Origin: a virus
Lineage: Duplodnaviria; Caudoviricetes
IMG/VR virus record: IMGVR_UViG_3300035088_000004
Location: 473 to 64,472 of that record
Direction: 5' to 3' (one strand)
Length of the DNA: 64,000 nt
Shown: piece after piece, positions 18,753-26,741 of the stretch
How the letters are laid out: every line of letters begins with the position of its first letter
Position numbering within the stretch: position 1 is the stretch's first letter
Position numbers and translations under genes: made by a program
Notes under the pieces: generated by a model
What the model was told of the DNA's origin: nothing
Databases searched by the model: none
The model's input: only the letters and a program-made list of their open reading frames with translations

Positions 18753-19303
18753 GAAGTGATATTTTAACCAAAGACCTACTGGAGCTAAGGGATAAGATCA
18801 ATAAGCTGACCAACGAGCAGCGTGACATTCTTTTAGATCTCGTTGACCCACTGCCTGAGCCACAGGCTGAGCAGAAGACAGCGACGAAGAAAGCAGCTAA
18901 GAAACCAGCTACAACCCGCGAGTACGACCACTGCCTGCGTTGCGGTACGACTAAGCGGGATTCAAGCCACAAGGACCAGGCGTTGCCTGATTATCACGAC
19001 TTCCAATCGTCCAAGGGCAAGTCGGCGCGGGCTGCGGGCATGGCTGAGACGTTGAACAAGAGCCTCCGGTCCCAGCGACGAGTCACGGAGAGCAACTGCG
19101 CTGACTGTGAAATGGCTGAAGATATGCCGATCCACAGTCCTAAAGGCGGGTATCAAACCTATCACCCTTTTCAACCTGCGACGCCTGCTCCCACTGCTCG
19201 CAACCAATCATCAGTGAGTAACGGGGCAGGGTCTACTACAGCGAATTCCGTGGGCGAGACGGTGAGTGCTGGCGATGCTCAAGTCGCTTCAGGGGGTGAT
19301 TGA
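18749..19303 (+). CDS. Protein with two CxxC...H...YHxF modules
   Basis: CLRC...H...YHDF and CADC...H...YHPF. Confidence 0.7.
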   Translation: MRSDILTKDLLELRDKINKLTNEQRDILLDLVDPLPEPQAEQKTATKKAAKKPATTREYDHCLRCGTTKRDSSHKDQALPDYHDFQSSKGKSARAAGMAETLNKSLRSQRRVTESNCADCEMAEDMPIHSPKGGYQTYHPFQPATPAPTARNQSSVSNGAGSTTANSVGETVSAGDAQVASGGD

Positions 19304-19304
19304 G

Positions 19305-19538
19305 ATGATGAATACTCCGCATGATCTCGCAAGACATATCAAGACTGTAAATATAGCAATGTGTGATCGTTGCAGTAATACCGCAGAGATAGAAGGAGAA
19401 CGATCTCGCTACTCTGTGGCAGAGTATCTAATCAAAAAGGGATGGTCTGCATCAGACGATGAGATTGTTTGCGATAAGCACGCACAGTCCGCGCTAACGA
19501 TCAGTGCACAAAGTGCAGTAGGAGGTTCAAGTGAGTGA
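19305..19538 (+). CDS. Small zinc-ribbon protein
   Basis: CDRC...KGW...CDKH. Confidence 0.6.
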   Translation: MMNTPHDLARHIKTVNIAMCDRCSNTAEIEGERSRYSVAEYLIKKGWSASDDEIVCDKHAQSALTISAQSAVGGSSE

Positions 19539-19794
19539 ATTAGCTAACGAGTTCAAAGGTGAGGCCGGAACGATCTATATCGAACAAGCTCGACCCGGTG
19601 ATAATCATCGCTACGAGGTCTGGTTTGAAACCTTCTGTATTCTAGGCGAAGGTGACTCGGAGCTGGAAGCATTAAATGATGCATGGCGTCACACGGGAAA
19701 TATCATGGCGCTGATTGCAGAAGCACGACTTAAAGTTGCCGCAACTGCTGAGGCCGGAAAGCAGCCCGACACCGGAACCAACGACATCAGCTAA
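19531..19794 (+). CDS. Hypothetical protein
   Basis: SD AGGAGG. Confidence 0.7.
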   Translation: MSELANEFKGEAGTIYIEQARPGDNHRYEVWFETFCILGEGDSELEALNDAWRHTGNIMALIAEARLKVAATAEAGKQPDTGTNDIS

Positions 19795-19813
19795 GGGAAA
19801 GGGTGGGTGGATA

Positions 19814-20041
19814 ATGGATGATGATGACACTCCTTATCTCGGTCAGGATCTAATCGATCCCGTCTGCCTGATGCACGGCCAACCGTGGAGCGCCAACCCG
19901 CCGCACTGGGCTGGAAAGTGTTTAATCTGCCAGTTGTGTTTCAAGGTGTTGGATTCAACCGCTGATTGCAATTCGCTACCGGATGGAAGTTACGAAGACG
20001 TTTGTATCGAGTGCGCGAGAAAGGAGCGGGAACAACAATGA
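19814..20041 (+). CDS. Cys-rich hypothetical protein
   Basis: CLICQLC...CIEC. Confidence 0.6.
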   Translation: MDDDDTPYLGQDLIDPVCLMHGQPWSANPPHWAGKCLICQLCFKVLDSTADCNSLPDGSYEDVCIECARKEREQQ

Positions 20042-20199
20042 GAACTGAGGCCGATATTCAGGCGCTTGCTGATCAAGCGGCACTTACTTATGGGAAGGCT
20101 ACGCGGTATCGCAATATGACCTACGAAGATGGAGTTAGAGAAGCGTTGGAGTGGGTACTGGACGAGTCGATTCCTGATGCAGAAGCGCCGCTGGCATAG
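20038..20199 (+). CDS. Small hypothetical protein (MTYEDGVREALEW)
   Basis: ATGA coupling. Confidence 0.6.
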   Translation: MRTEADIQALADQAALTYGKATRYRNMTYEDGVREALEWVLDESIPDAEAPLA

Positions 20200-20208
20200 G
20201 AGACTACG

Positions 20209-20409
20209 ATGGCTATCTGCAATGAATGCCTCGACCACTTCACCCCCGACAACTACCTCGAACTTTGCAACTCGTGCGGTGGGCAGATGGTGGAGCAGTA
20301 CGAGTCGATGCAGCAGTTCAAATCGCCGGTGCTGACGATTGCTGAGCTGTCGAGTCGGGTGGTGTTTGGCGAAGCGTCTACACCGCAACCAGTCTGGAGG
20401 ATAGAATGA
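20209..20409 (+). CDS. Zinc-ribbon hypothetical protein
   Basis: SD AGGAG; CNEC...CNSC. Confidence 0.6.
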   Translation: MAICNECLDHFTPDNYLELCNSCGGQMVEQYESMQQFKSPVLTIAELSSRVVFGEASTPQPVWRIE

Positions 20410-21020
20410 GTGAATATCACAAAATAGAAACACTGTTTGAGCGTGATGCGAACACCTTTAAGGTTGACCCGTCAAAACTTAAGAACCGTACCTACTCGCT
20501 GATTAAGACATGGCAGTTCACCGAGAAGATTGACGGTACGAATATCCGCTGCATTTGGAAAGATGGCGTGCTGCAATTTGGCGGCAAGACCGACAATGCA
20601 CAGGTCCATACCGATCTAATCCGCTGGCTATACGAACATATTCCAGCCGCAAGGATGGCAGAGATCTTTCCTGATAGCGAAGCGGTTATTTACGGTGAGG
20701 GCTACGGCGCAGGTATCCAGAAAGGCGGCTTGTACTCACTGACTAAAAAGTTCATCGTCTTTGACGTGCTTGTCGGCGGCAAGTGGTGGTTAAGTTGGGA
20801 GAATACTTGCGACGTTGCTGCGAAGCTCGATCTTGAAGTGGTACCATTCATTGGCGAAATGACACTTGAAGAAGCAACGGAGATGGTTCGCGCGGGATTC
20901 AAGTCGCGTCTAAATAACGGTCAGATGCAAGCGGAAGGACTAGTGGGTCGCACCGCTGAGCCGCTATTCGACAAGAAAGGTGCGCGGCTAATCGTAAAAC
21001 TTAAGACGAAGGACTTTTAG
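20406..21020 (+). CDS. ATP-dependent RNA ligase (Rnl2-like adenylyltransferase domain only)
   Basis: Motifs TEKIDGTN (I), YGEGYG (III), FIVFDV (IIIa), EGLV (IV), KLK (V). Confidence 0.85.
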   Translation: MSEYHKIETLFERDANTFKVDPSKLKNRTYSLIKTWQFTEKIDGTNIRCIWKDGVLQFGGKTDNAQVHTDLIRWLYEHIPAARMAEIFPDSEAVIYGEGYGAGIQKGGLYSLTKKFIVFDVLVGGKWWLSWENTCDVAAKLDLEVVPFIGEMTLEEATEMVRAGFKSRLNNGQMQAEGLVGRTAEPLFDKKGARLIVKLKTKDF

Positions 21021-21022
21021 CA

Positions 21023-21214
21023 ATGACGGCCAACAAGCCCCAACTCAAAGCCGTGCCGGTTGCTGATGGGCCAGTGCGACCGCCGTTTATCAGTGATGCG
21101 GAGCGGGAAGGGCTGCCGGTGACTAATCAACGAGATACAGGCGCTCCGGTGCTGGACGTAGATGCGGTGTTGAGAGGCGCTTCACCGGATTACGTCAAGA
21201 GCAACCAGCAATGA
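21023..21214 (+). CDS. Hypothetical protein
   Basis: ORF chain. Confidence 0.55.
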   Translation: MTANKPQLKAVPVADGPVRPPFISDAEREGLPVTNQRDTGAPVLDVDAVLRGASPDYVKSNQQ

Positions 21215-21459
21215 CTTGCCCTACCTGTTCCAGTCCGACCCGCGTGATTGATTCCCGTGAAGATGAAGGTGTTAGCAACGTGCGCCGTCGCCGACATGCC
21301 TGTCGATCCTGTGGTACTCGGTTTTCAACCTATGAAGTCACTGCTGATGAGTATAACAAGATGCGAGCAATGCGAATCAACACTACGCAGATTGATTCGA
21401 CGATAGCTACTCTACGATCGATCAAGGCGCAGTTTGGAGCAACTAATGGAAAAGACTGA
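21211..21459 (+). CDS. NrdR-like zinc-ribbon regulator (no ATP cone)
   Basis: MTCPTC...TRVIDSR...RRRRHACRSCGTRFSTYE. Confidence 0.8.
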   Translation: MTCPTCSSPTRVIDSREDEGVSNVRRRRHACRSCGTRFSTYEVTADEYNKMRAMRINTTQIDSTIATLRSIKAQFGATNGKD

Positions 21460-21658
21460 ATATAACTACCTGTTGGAGTTCTGCGTGCAGGTTTCAACCT
21501 TCGTGACAATGATTGGCAAGTTTACCCACGTTGATGAAGCTGAGCGGAAGGAGTTGGAGTTGACGCTATCGGTGTTGCAACGGAAACTTAGCGAGATCAT
21601 GCCCCGCGTGCAGGATCGGGAGGCGGCGGCTGCGACGGAACAGTTTACAGGTTTCTAG
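21446..21658 (+). CDS. Hypothetical protein
   Basis: SD GGAG. Confidence 0.6.
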   Translation: MEKTEYNYLLEFCVQVSTFVTMIGKFTHVDEAERKELELTLSVLQRKLSEIMPRVQDREAAAATEQFTGF

Positions 21659-21663
21659 GCTTA

Positions 21664-21740
21664 TGCCGTGACGCGTAAGCGTATGCCGGGTCTAATCGCT
21701 TCCCAGCGTCGCTCGGTGAAAGTCTGAGACACGGCAACCA
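21664..21740 (+). ncRNA. 77-nt tRNA-like RNA with encoded ACCA end and defective anticodon arm
   Basis: TGCCGTG/CACGGCA stem + A-CCA; GCGT/ATGC D-like stem; CTCGG-TGAAAGT-CTGAG T-like arm. Confidence 0.65.
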
Positions 21741-21795
21741 GTTGGAACAAGTGGGTTATATCAACAACTTTAGATAGAAAGCGAGAATCCTTACA

Positions 21796-22092
21796 ATGAA
21801 ACACCATCGACGAAACCGCATCAGGTACTTGCTGATGACCACAACCATGCTACTGGCAATCCTCGCACTAGCCCTACCTAGCCAACCAGTAGACGCCTTC
21901 GTGCAGGCCGACTGTTACCAATGCATCCGCGACTGCGCTGATGATGCCTGGTGGGAAATGCGGCAGTGCTTGAACAAAGGTGGGACGACTACCGATTGCA
22001 AGGCTGTATACGACAACGCCTACAACGCCTGTCGCGCGTTTATCTGTAACTACGGGTTAGGGTGCGATCTGCCGAGGGTTGATGATTACTGA
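21796..22092 (+). CDS. Secreted 8-cysteine small protein
   Basis: Basic N-terminus, hydrophobic core, VDA cleavage site, then 8 Cys in ~64 aa. Confidence 0.75.
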   Translation: MKHHRRNRIRYLLMTTTMLLAILALALPSQPVDAFVQADCYQCIRDCADDAWWEMRQCLNKGGTTTDCKAVYDNAYNACRAFICNYGLGCDLPRVDDY

Positions 22093-22104
22093 AAGGTGGG
22101 AAAT

Positions 22105-22498
22105 TGACTGGCCCTGACGCGGGGCGCTCCTAAGAAGGTCTACGGGCCGGAGGAGGTCGTACTCGGCAGGGAATTCTTGGGTCGTTGTAAGGACCGAGGG
22201 AATCCGTAGGCAGAAGGTCAAGTGAAAGAGTTGACCGCTCAGAAACGTGGGCCGTAAGGCTGATAAGGAGTACGAGTAACGGCAACTTCCTAACGGGTAG
22301 CAATGGCCCAAGGGTTATTCAGGTGGTCGTAACCGACTGTCAGCGGCATGACTTAATTGGTCGGGGCGCGAGAAGCAGGTGGAAGGCTAACTCGCATGTT
22401 CGATTAGCAACTTAGACATGGAAAGGAGTATCTCGGACCGAAACTACAGCAACAGGTAGAAAGGGAGAGGCGCTTGCTGGAGACGGTGGGCGTCTCTT
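22105..22498 (+). ncRNA. Large (~400 nt) structured non-coding RNA, family unknown
   Basis: No credible ORF; many helices with G-U pairs on + strand, GNRA loops, 8-bp long-range pairing; ends approximate. Confidence 0.7.
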
Positions 22499-22499
22499 G

Positions 22500-22964
22500 C
22501 TATTGGGTGGGATGGTCCAACTCAGCGTAGGAAATGTTATGATACTTCAGCAGTCCGATCAGCTTCTCTTCCTGCTTCTCGTGATGCTTCAGGCGAATGT
22601 CCAACAGCCCATTAGCCTCACGCGAATCAATCAACTCGCCATCCAACTCTTCAGCCTTGTTACGCCAGAATAATATCTGCCCACGCATCTGATCTTCCTT
22701 CGCTTCCCATTCCTGTCGGCGCTCTTCAGCTTTTCTAATAACAGATTGAATTTCACGGAGGGTTTCCAACGTAATGCCCACCGGAGAGATCTCAGTTGCG
22801 ATATGAATGCTGCGAGCCTCTGCGTCAATCTTCCTGATCTCGGCAGGCTCGCGTTTCTTCTTAAACCACAGGGTAGATAAAGTTCCAGCGACAGCAAGGA
22901 CTGCTGTAATCACGTTTGAGAGCAGCAACCATGCGTGAGGAATGGGTGTGGTTTCCTGTTGCAT
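22500..22964 (-). CDS. Single-TM coiled-coil protein (holin/spanin-like)
   Basis: N-terminal TM followed by coiled coil. Confidence 0.7.
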   Translation of the reverse strand: MQQETTPIPHAWLLLSNVITAVLAVAGTLSTLWFKKKREPAEIRKIDAEARSIHIATEISPVGITLETLREIQSVIRKAEERRQEWEAKEDQMRGQILFWRNKAEELDGELIDSREANGLLDIRLKHHEKQEEKLIGLLKYHNISYAELDHPTQ

Positions 22965-22967
22965 CTC

Positions 22968-23420
22968 TCATTGGTCTAGGATCTTATGTAGCCGTGCTAT
23001 CTCCGATCTAATCGCCTCTTGTTCCCTACGGTTGGTGACGGATAGATCGAACGTTGGTTTCAGGTAGCGATCAGGTTTGTTAGCACGCGGGTAGCGATGC
23101 CCGTTACGTTGGGCTGTCTCCGGTGGGTAGACGCGGTTGAAGTCCATCCGCTTGACTCTCCAGAATTCACCGAGACAGGCAGCTTCAGCAGCGTCCGCGT
23201 CTTCAAACACCCCTTCGTCTTCATACCAGCAGAAGGTCAGTTTCTTGCCGTTGATCTCAACTTCATCCAGCGCCGGGATACCGAGCCGGGTGAATGCAAA
23301 GCGATTGAAAGGGAGGTAGACGAAGCGGAAGAAAGCCCGTTTCCACCACGGGCTGCGCGAGTCGATATTGTACTTGCGCTGGCTGACGTGGTGGACTTCG
23401 GTGAGCGCGGTCTGTTGCAT
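22968..23420 (-). CDS. Hypothetical protein
   Basis: Likely start MQQTALTEV; the upstream part of the track ORF overlaps another gene. Confidence 0.65.
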   Translation of the reverse strand: MQQTALTEVHHVSQRKYNIDSRSPWWKRAFFRFVYLPFNRFAFTRLGIPALDEVEINGKKLTFCWYEDEGVFEDADAAEAACLGEFWRVKRMDFNRVYPPETAQRNGHRYPRANKPDRYLKPTFDLSVTNRREQEAIRSEIARLHKILDQ

Positions 23421-23433
23421 TTGAGCAACCACA

Positions 23434-23613
23434 TTATCCTCCGGGGCCGCGACCGGGACTATTGGGATCTCCGGGTGGAGGAGGCACGGGAGGCTCGTCA
23501 GGATCGCTTGTCGGGCTGGTTCCCGGCCTGTTGGGAGTAGTCGGCGGCGGGCCCGGTGGCACGATTGGCTTTTCTGGATCTTGCTTAGTCGATTGTCGAT
23601 CATTGTATTTCAT
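23434..23613 (-). CDS. Proline-rich peptide (59 aa)
   Basis: Manual ORF MKYNDRQSTKQDPEKPIVPPGPPP...; SD AAGGAAGG. Confidence 0.55.
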   Translation of the reverse strand: MKYNDRQSTKQDPEKPIVPPGPPPTTPNRPGTSPTSDPDEPPVPPPPGDPNSPGRGPGG

Positions 23614-23658
23614 CTTGGGCGATTTCCTTCCTTGTTCGATTGGTGGTCTAACTACCTT

Positions 23659-24252
23659 CTAACGTGGCCTTATTGCAAATGCAATTCCTACTACGACTGA
23701 GCCGATGGTTATCAGCGATACGAGCAGGCCAACGGCGATGATTGCATAAGTGACAGTGTTCTTAGCTCCTGTGCCTTTGCCCGCGCCTTCATAACTTGAC
23801 TTCTCCAACGCTGAAATCCGGTTGTTGTATTCCAAGTCGCGAGCCGCATTAGCCTGTGCAAGCGTTGTCGCTGTCGTGTTCAACACCGCCCGAATGTCAT
23901 TAGCGGTTGTCTCCGCTGCTCGTGCTACCAGTTGGACTGCTGCAAGTGTTCGCTCTGCTTCCGTCAGCCTTGCCGTCTCGTCGCTCTTGCGAAACGCTTC
24001 CAGCTTCTGCTGCTCCATCAAATGGATTTCTCTGTCGTGCTTTTGATGAGCATCCGACAGTTTCTCCATCCATCTGATTGTCTCTTCCAGCCGCCGGATC
24101 TCCGCGCCAAGATAGCGATTGTGCATCTCGCGCAGATCGTCCTGACGCTTGTTGGCTGCGCTGGTTAGATCGAGAACGTTCTTTGTCGGATCGATCACGG
24201 CCCCGCCGTAGGCGTCTACCCCTATTCCTGTTGCTGGTAGTTTTCGCGCCAA
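23659..24252 (-). CDS. Coiled-coil protein with C-terminal TM helix
   Basis: IDPTKNVLDL...; C-terminal hydrophobic segment. Confidence 0.75.
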   Translation of the reverse strand: MARKLPATGIGVDAYGGAVIDPTKNVLDLTSAANKRQDDLREMHNRYLGAEIRRLEETIRWMEKLSDAHQKHDREIHLMEQQKLEAFRKSDETARLTEAERTLAAVQLVARAAETTANDIRAVLNTTATTLAQANAARDLEYNNRISALEKSSYEGAGKGTGAKNTVTYAIIAVGLLVSLITIGSVVVGIAFAIRPR

Positions 24253-24267
24253 TCACTTGATCTCCCT

Positions 24268-24483
24268 TCACAACCGCGTCGGCACAACTCCAAACAACAA
24301 GCTAAGCAGGATTAGAATCATCACGATGACAAGTATCACCACCGCAACCTTACGAACAGGCTCCGGCGGGTTGATATACCCGATCAGCCAGTAGATTAAC
24401 CACGCAATCAGGCAGATGACCACGACGTAGATTAGCAACGTGATCAATCCACCTGCCGCGAGGGGTGCGAGTAGGGCTAGCAC
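24268..24483 (-). CDS. Two-TM membrane protein
   Basis: GTG start after GGGGAG; TM-PPEP-TM. Confidence 0.7.
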   Translation of the reverse strand: MLALLAPLAAGGLITLLIYVVVICLIAWLIYWLIGYINPPEPVRKVAVVILVIVMILILLSLLFGVVPTRL

Positions 24484-24496
24484 TGGATTGCTCCCC

Positions 24497-24754
24497 TTAG
24501 ACGATCGGTTCAGCGGGCGGCGGCGTTGGCTCACCTGATGCCGGAGTACCTGCCGTGATAGCGGTGGTAATGTCGTTCGCATCCGCTTCCAACTTGTCAG
24601 CCAGCGCGTTGATATTGGTCGCATCCGCCATGTCATCAGCCGCGATTGCGTCTCTGATTAGCTGTGGAACCGAACTGACGAACGCCAGCACCGAGCCTTT
24701 GACTGTAGACATCCGCTCCACTGAAGCGGTGATTTTTGAAAGGTCAACTGCCAT
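24497..24754 (-). CDS. Hypothetical protein
   Basis: SD GAGGAG. Confidence 0.7.
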   Translation of the reverse strand: MAVDLSKITASVERMSTVKGSVLAFVSSVPQLIRDAIAADDMADATNINALADKLEADANDITTAITAGTPASGEPTPPPAEPIV

Positions 24755-24755
24755 G

Positions 24756-25094
24756 TTATTTCTCCTCTGATTGTTTAGGTTGATTGATTGCCTGATTCAT
24801 TTCCCCGGCGTCCTGATCTAGTTCCGACGCAAGTTGGTCCACCTTGGACTGATCGTCATTGTCGATGATACCGAGAATCAAATCCAGCTTAGCGTTGATA
24901 AATCCCAGGTCGGGGAAATGCACGCCTGTCTCTAGTAGCTCGATGAGATGGTCTACTTTCTGCTCAAGTCGAGCTTCTTTCAGGTTGACGATCGCCTCAG
25001 CAATACGCGCCAGCGCGTTCCTCTGCGCCGTTGCCTGAGTCAGCCATTCCTGAAACTGTGCGGAGGTAAGTTCGATACGCTCAAAGTCGCTCAT
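24756..25094 (-). CDS. Hypothetical helical protein
   Basis: SD GAGG. Confidence 0.7.
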   Translation of the reverse strand: MSDFERIELTSAQFQEWLTQATAQRNALARIAEAIVNLKEARLEQKVDHLIELLETGVHFPDLGFINAKLDLILGIIDNDDQSKVDQLASELDQDAGEMNQAINQPKQSEEK

Positions 25095-25104
25095 TGATTA
25101 ACCT

Positions 25105-25398
25105 CTACGGCCACTGCGTTCCGACCCCTATTACCGGCAACGGCTTCGGATTCCTTTGGCAAACACTTGCATCGCCGTTCATAACCAGCTGCGGATAATT
25201 CGGCAGTGGGTTGAGTGCTGCGGCTAATGCACGCAAGGTACGATCATCACTCCCATCAGCACACAGTTGCTTGAACTTAGCCTGCGCCTCACCCCGCGAC
25301 ATGATAACAGCAGGTTGATTGGCGTCAATGGTTACGGCGACAGTTGGGCCTTGGGCCAGTGCCGCCGCAATGACGATGCCGATTAGTCCGTTGGTCAT
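25105..25398 (-). CDS. Secreted hypothetical protein
   Basis: Signal peptide ...AAALA-Q. Confidence 0.65.
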   Translation of the reverse strand: MTNGLIGIVIAAALAQGPTVAVTIDANQPAVIMSRGEAQAKFKQLCADGSDDRTLRALAAALNPLPNYPQLVMNGDASVCQRNPKPLPVIGVGTQWP

Positions 25399-25417
25399 AA
25401 GTGTTTAGTTCAACCCA

Positions 25418-26154
25418 ACGCGCCCCGTGCCTGTTCCGGTATAGCCGTTCCGCAGTTATCCCGTTGCTGGCTGCCGGGGGCGCGTCAGAGTCGGGGCTGC
25501 GAGTGGGAAGCGGCAAAACCATAGATCCGAAGATCCACGTCTAAGCGCGTCTTACGAAATCGCGCTCCATCCCACTCGCATTGTCAAAGGTTGCGCGGCG
25601 CGTGGGTCACATTGAAGTGTTCATCTATCACGCCTTCTCATCGCCTCCATGACAGAAGACCGCGCATCAAGTTGAGGCGTCAGTAGCTATCTGACCTTAC
25701 CACGTAGCAAGCTCGCTAATCTGCATTGCGTACGGCCTCAGTGTCAATCCCCGCAACACCGCATGTCTCCCAACAAGAGGCTGCTCAACTCCTATCCAGC
25801 CATGAATCAAGCGTCCCGGTTACGGTGTTGCGGGAAAGGGGTTGGGCTGAAGCACCGGGCTTATCCCTCGATTAATCGTTGTACCGCGTTGTTATCGACA
25901 CAGCCAACAATCACCAGCGCCCCAGCCCACAATCAATGAACCGGAGGTCAGGTAGGGCTACAGGGAGGGCTCCGTGCGCCGTTCCTTACTTATGCTGGGC
26001 ATCGCTCCGGTTCAAATTAGATTACATAGCCTAGCGCCTCAGTCGTAGCCATCTTTACCCTTCTGGGTTGGCGACTTTAACCGCGATGGCGTGCTGTTTC
26101 GGACTTCGCTACGACGCGAGCTTACTAAGCATCTCCACGGAAAGGCTATGTAAT
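25418..26154 (-). ncRNA. Tandem array of eight stem-closed structured RNA units
   Basis: Eight consecutive units each bounded by its own perfect 6-12 bp inverted repeat, 6-12 nt linkers, internal UUCG/GNRA hairpins and G-U pairs mostly favouring the - strand. Confidence 0.75.
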
Positions 26155-26174
26155 GTTAATTCAGAGTTCAAAGA

Positions 26175-26285
26175 TCAGTGTGTCACTGCGATTATAATCA
26201 ACAGCACCATCATCATCCCAACACTCACCAACCCCGGCGTCGGAGGCGTGCAGGCGTGGTGGATGAAGCGGGTGAAGGTGGTCAT
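26175..26285 (-). CDS. 36-aa hydrophobic peptide
   Basis: Manual ORF MTTFTRFIHH...MMMVLLIIIAVTH; ATGA coupling, SD AGGAG. Confidence 0.5.
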   Translation of the reverse strand: MTTFTRFIHHACTPPTPGLVSVGMMMVLLIIIAVTH

Positions 26286-26509
26286 TGGCTGCTGGCTCCT
26301 ATTAACTTGCCGACTATCCCCAACGGCAACACAACAGCTACAAACAACACCAACCCAGCAACTCTCCCAACTACCCCGATCAACTTATCTCCAACCTCTA
26401 CGTCAAGCCGATCCGGCGTGATGATGGTGGTGAGCAGGTGGAGTGGGTGACGCAGATAGACAGCATCATCATCCAACTCAGCCATACAACCAGCAACCAA
26501 CTCACTCAT
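26282..26509 (-). CDS. Small membrane protein
   Basis: C-terminal TM. Confidence 0.55.
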   Translation of the reverse strand: MSELVAGCMAELDDDAVYLRHPLHLLTTIITPDRLDVEVGDKLIGVVGRVAGLVLFVAVVLPLGIVGKLIGASSQ

Positions 26510-26741
26510 GGCCCGCTCGCTTCAATGCGTCATTCTCAGCCCTAAACTGCGCGTATGTCGCCGCTGCATCAGCCAGCACTTCAGCACGCGTCTTACCTGT
26601 CGCCTGCTGCCGTCTGGCAATCTCAGCTTCAGCGATGCCTATCAGTTTCTGGCCCAACACGCCGAGTTCGGGATGACCACTAAGTCCGGCGAGGATGGGC
26701 AGTGCCTGTTGCAGACCGGCAATAATGTCGGAGAAGTTCAT
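26502..26741 (-). CDS. Hypothetical protein
   Basis: Coupled ORF, SD GAGGGAG. Confidence 0.7.
   Translation of the reverse strand: MNFSDIIAGLQQALPILAGLSGHPELGVLGQKLIGIAEAEIARRQQATGKTRAEVLADAAATYAQFRAENDALKRAGHE

Noticed and set aside
25508-25545. c-di-GMP-I riboswitch (GGCAAAACC...TCTAAG on +)
   Set aside because: The GACGCAAA junction and second stem are missing, and the unit folds better on the - strand.
25418-26154. CRISPR, TIGR-like or canonical tRNA array
   Set aside because: Units share no repeated sequence, box motifs or TTCRA T-loops, and no cas-like gene is adjacent.
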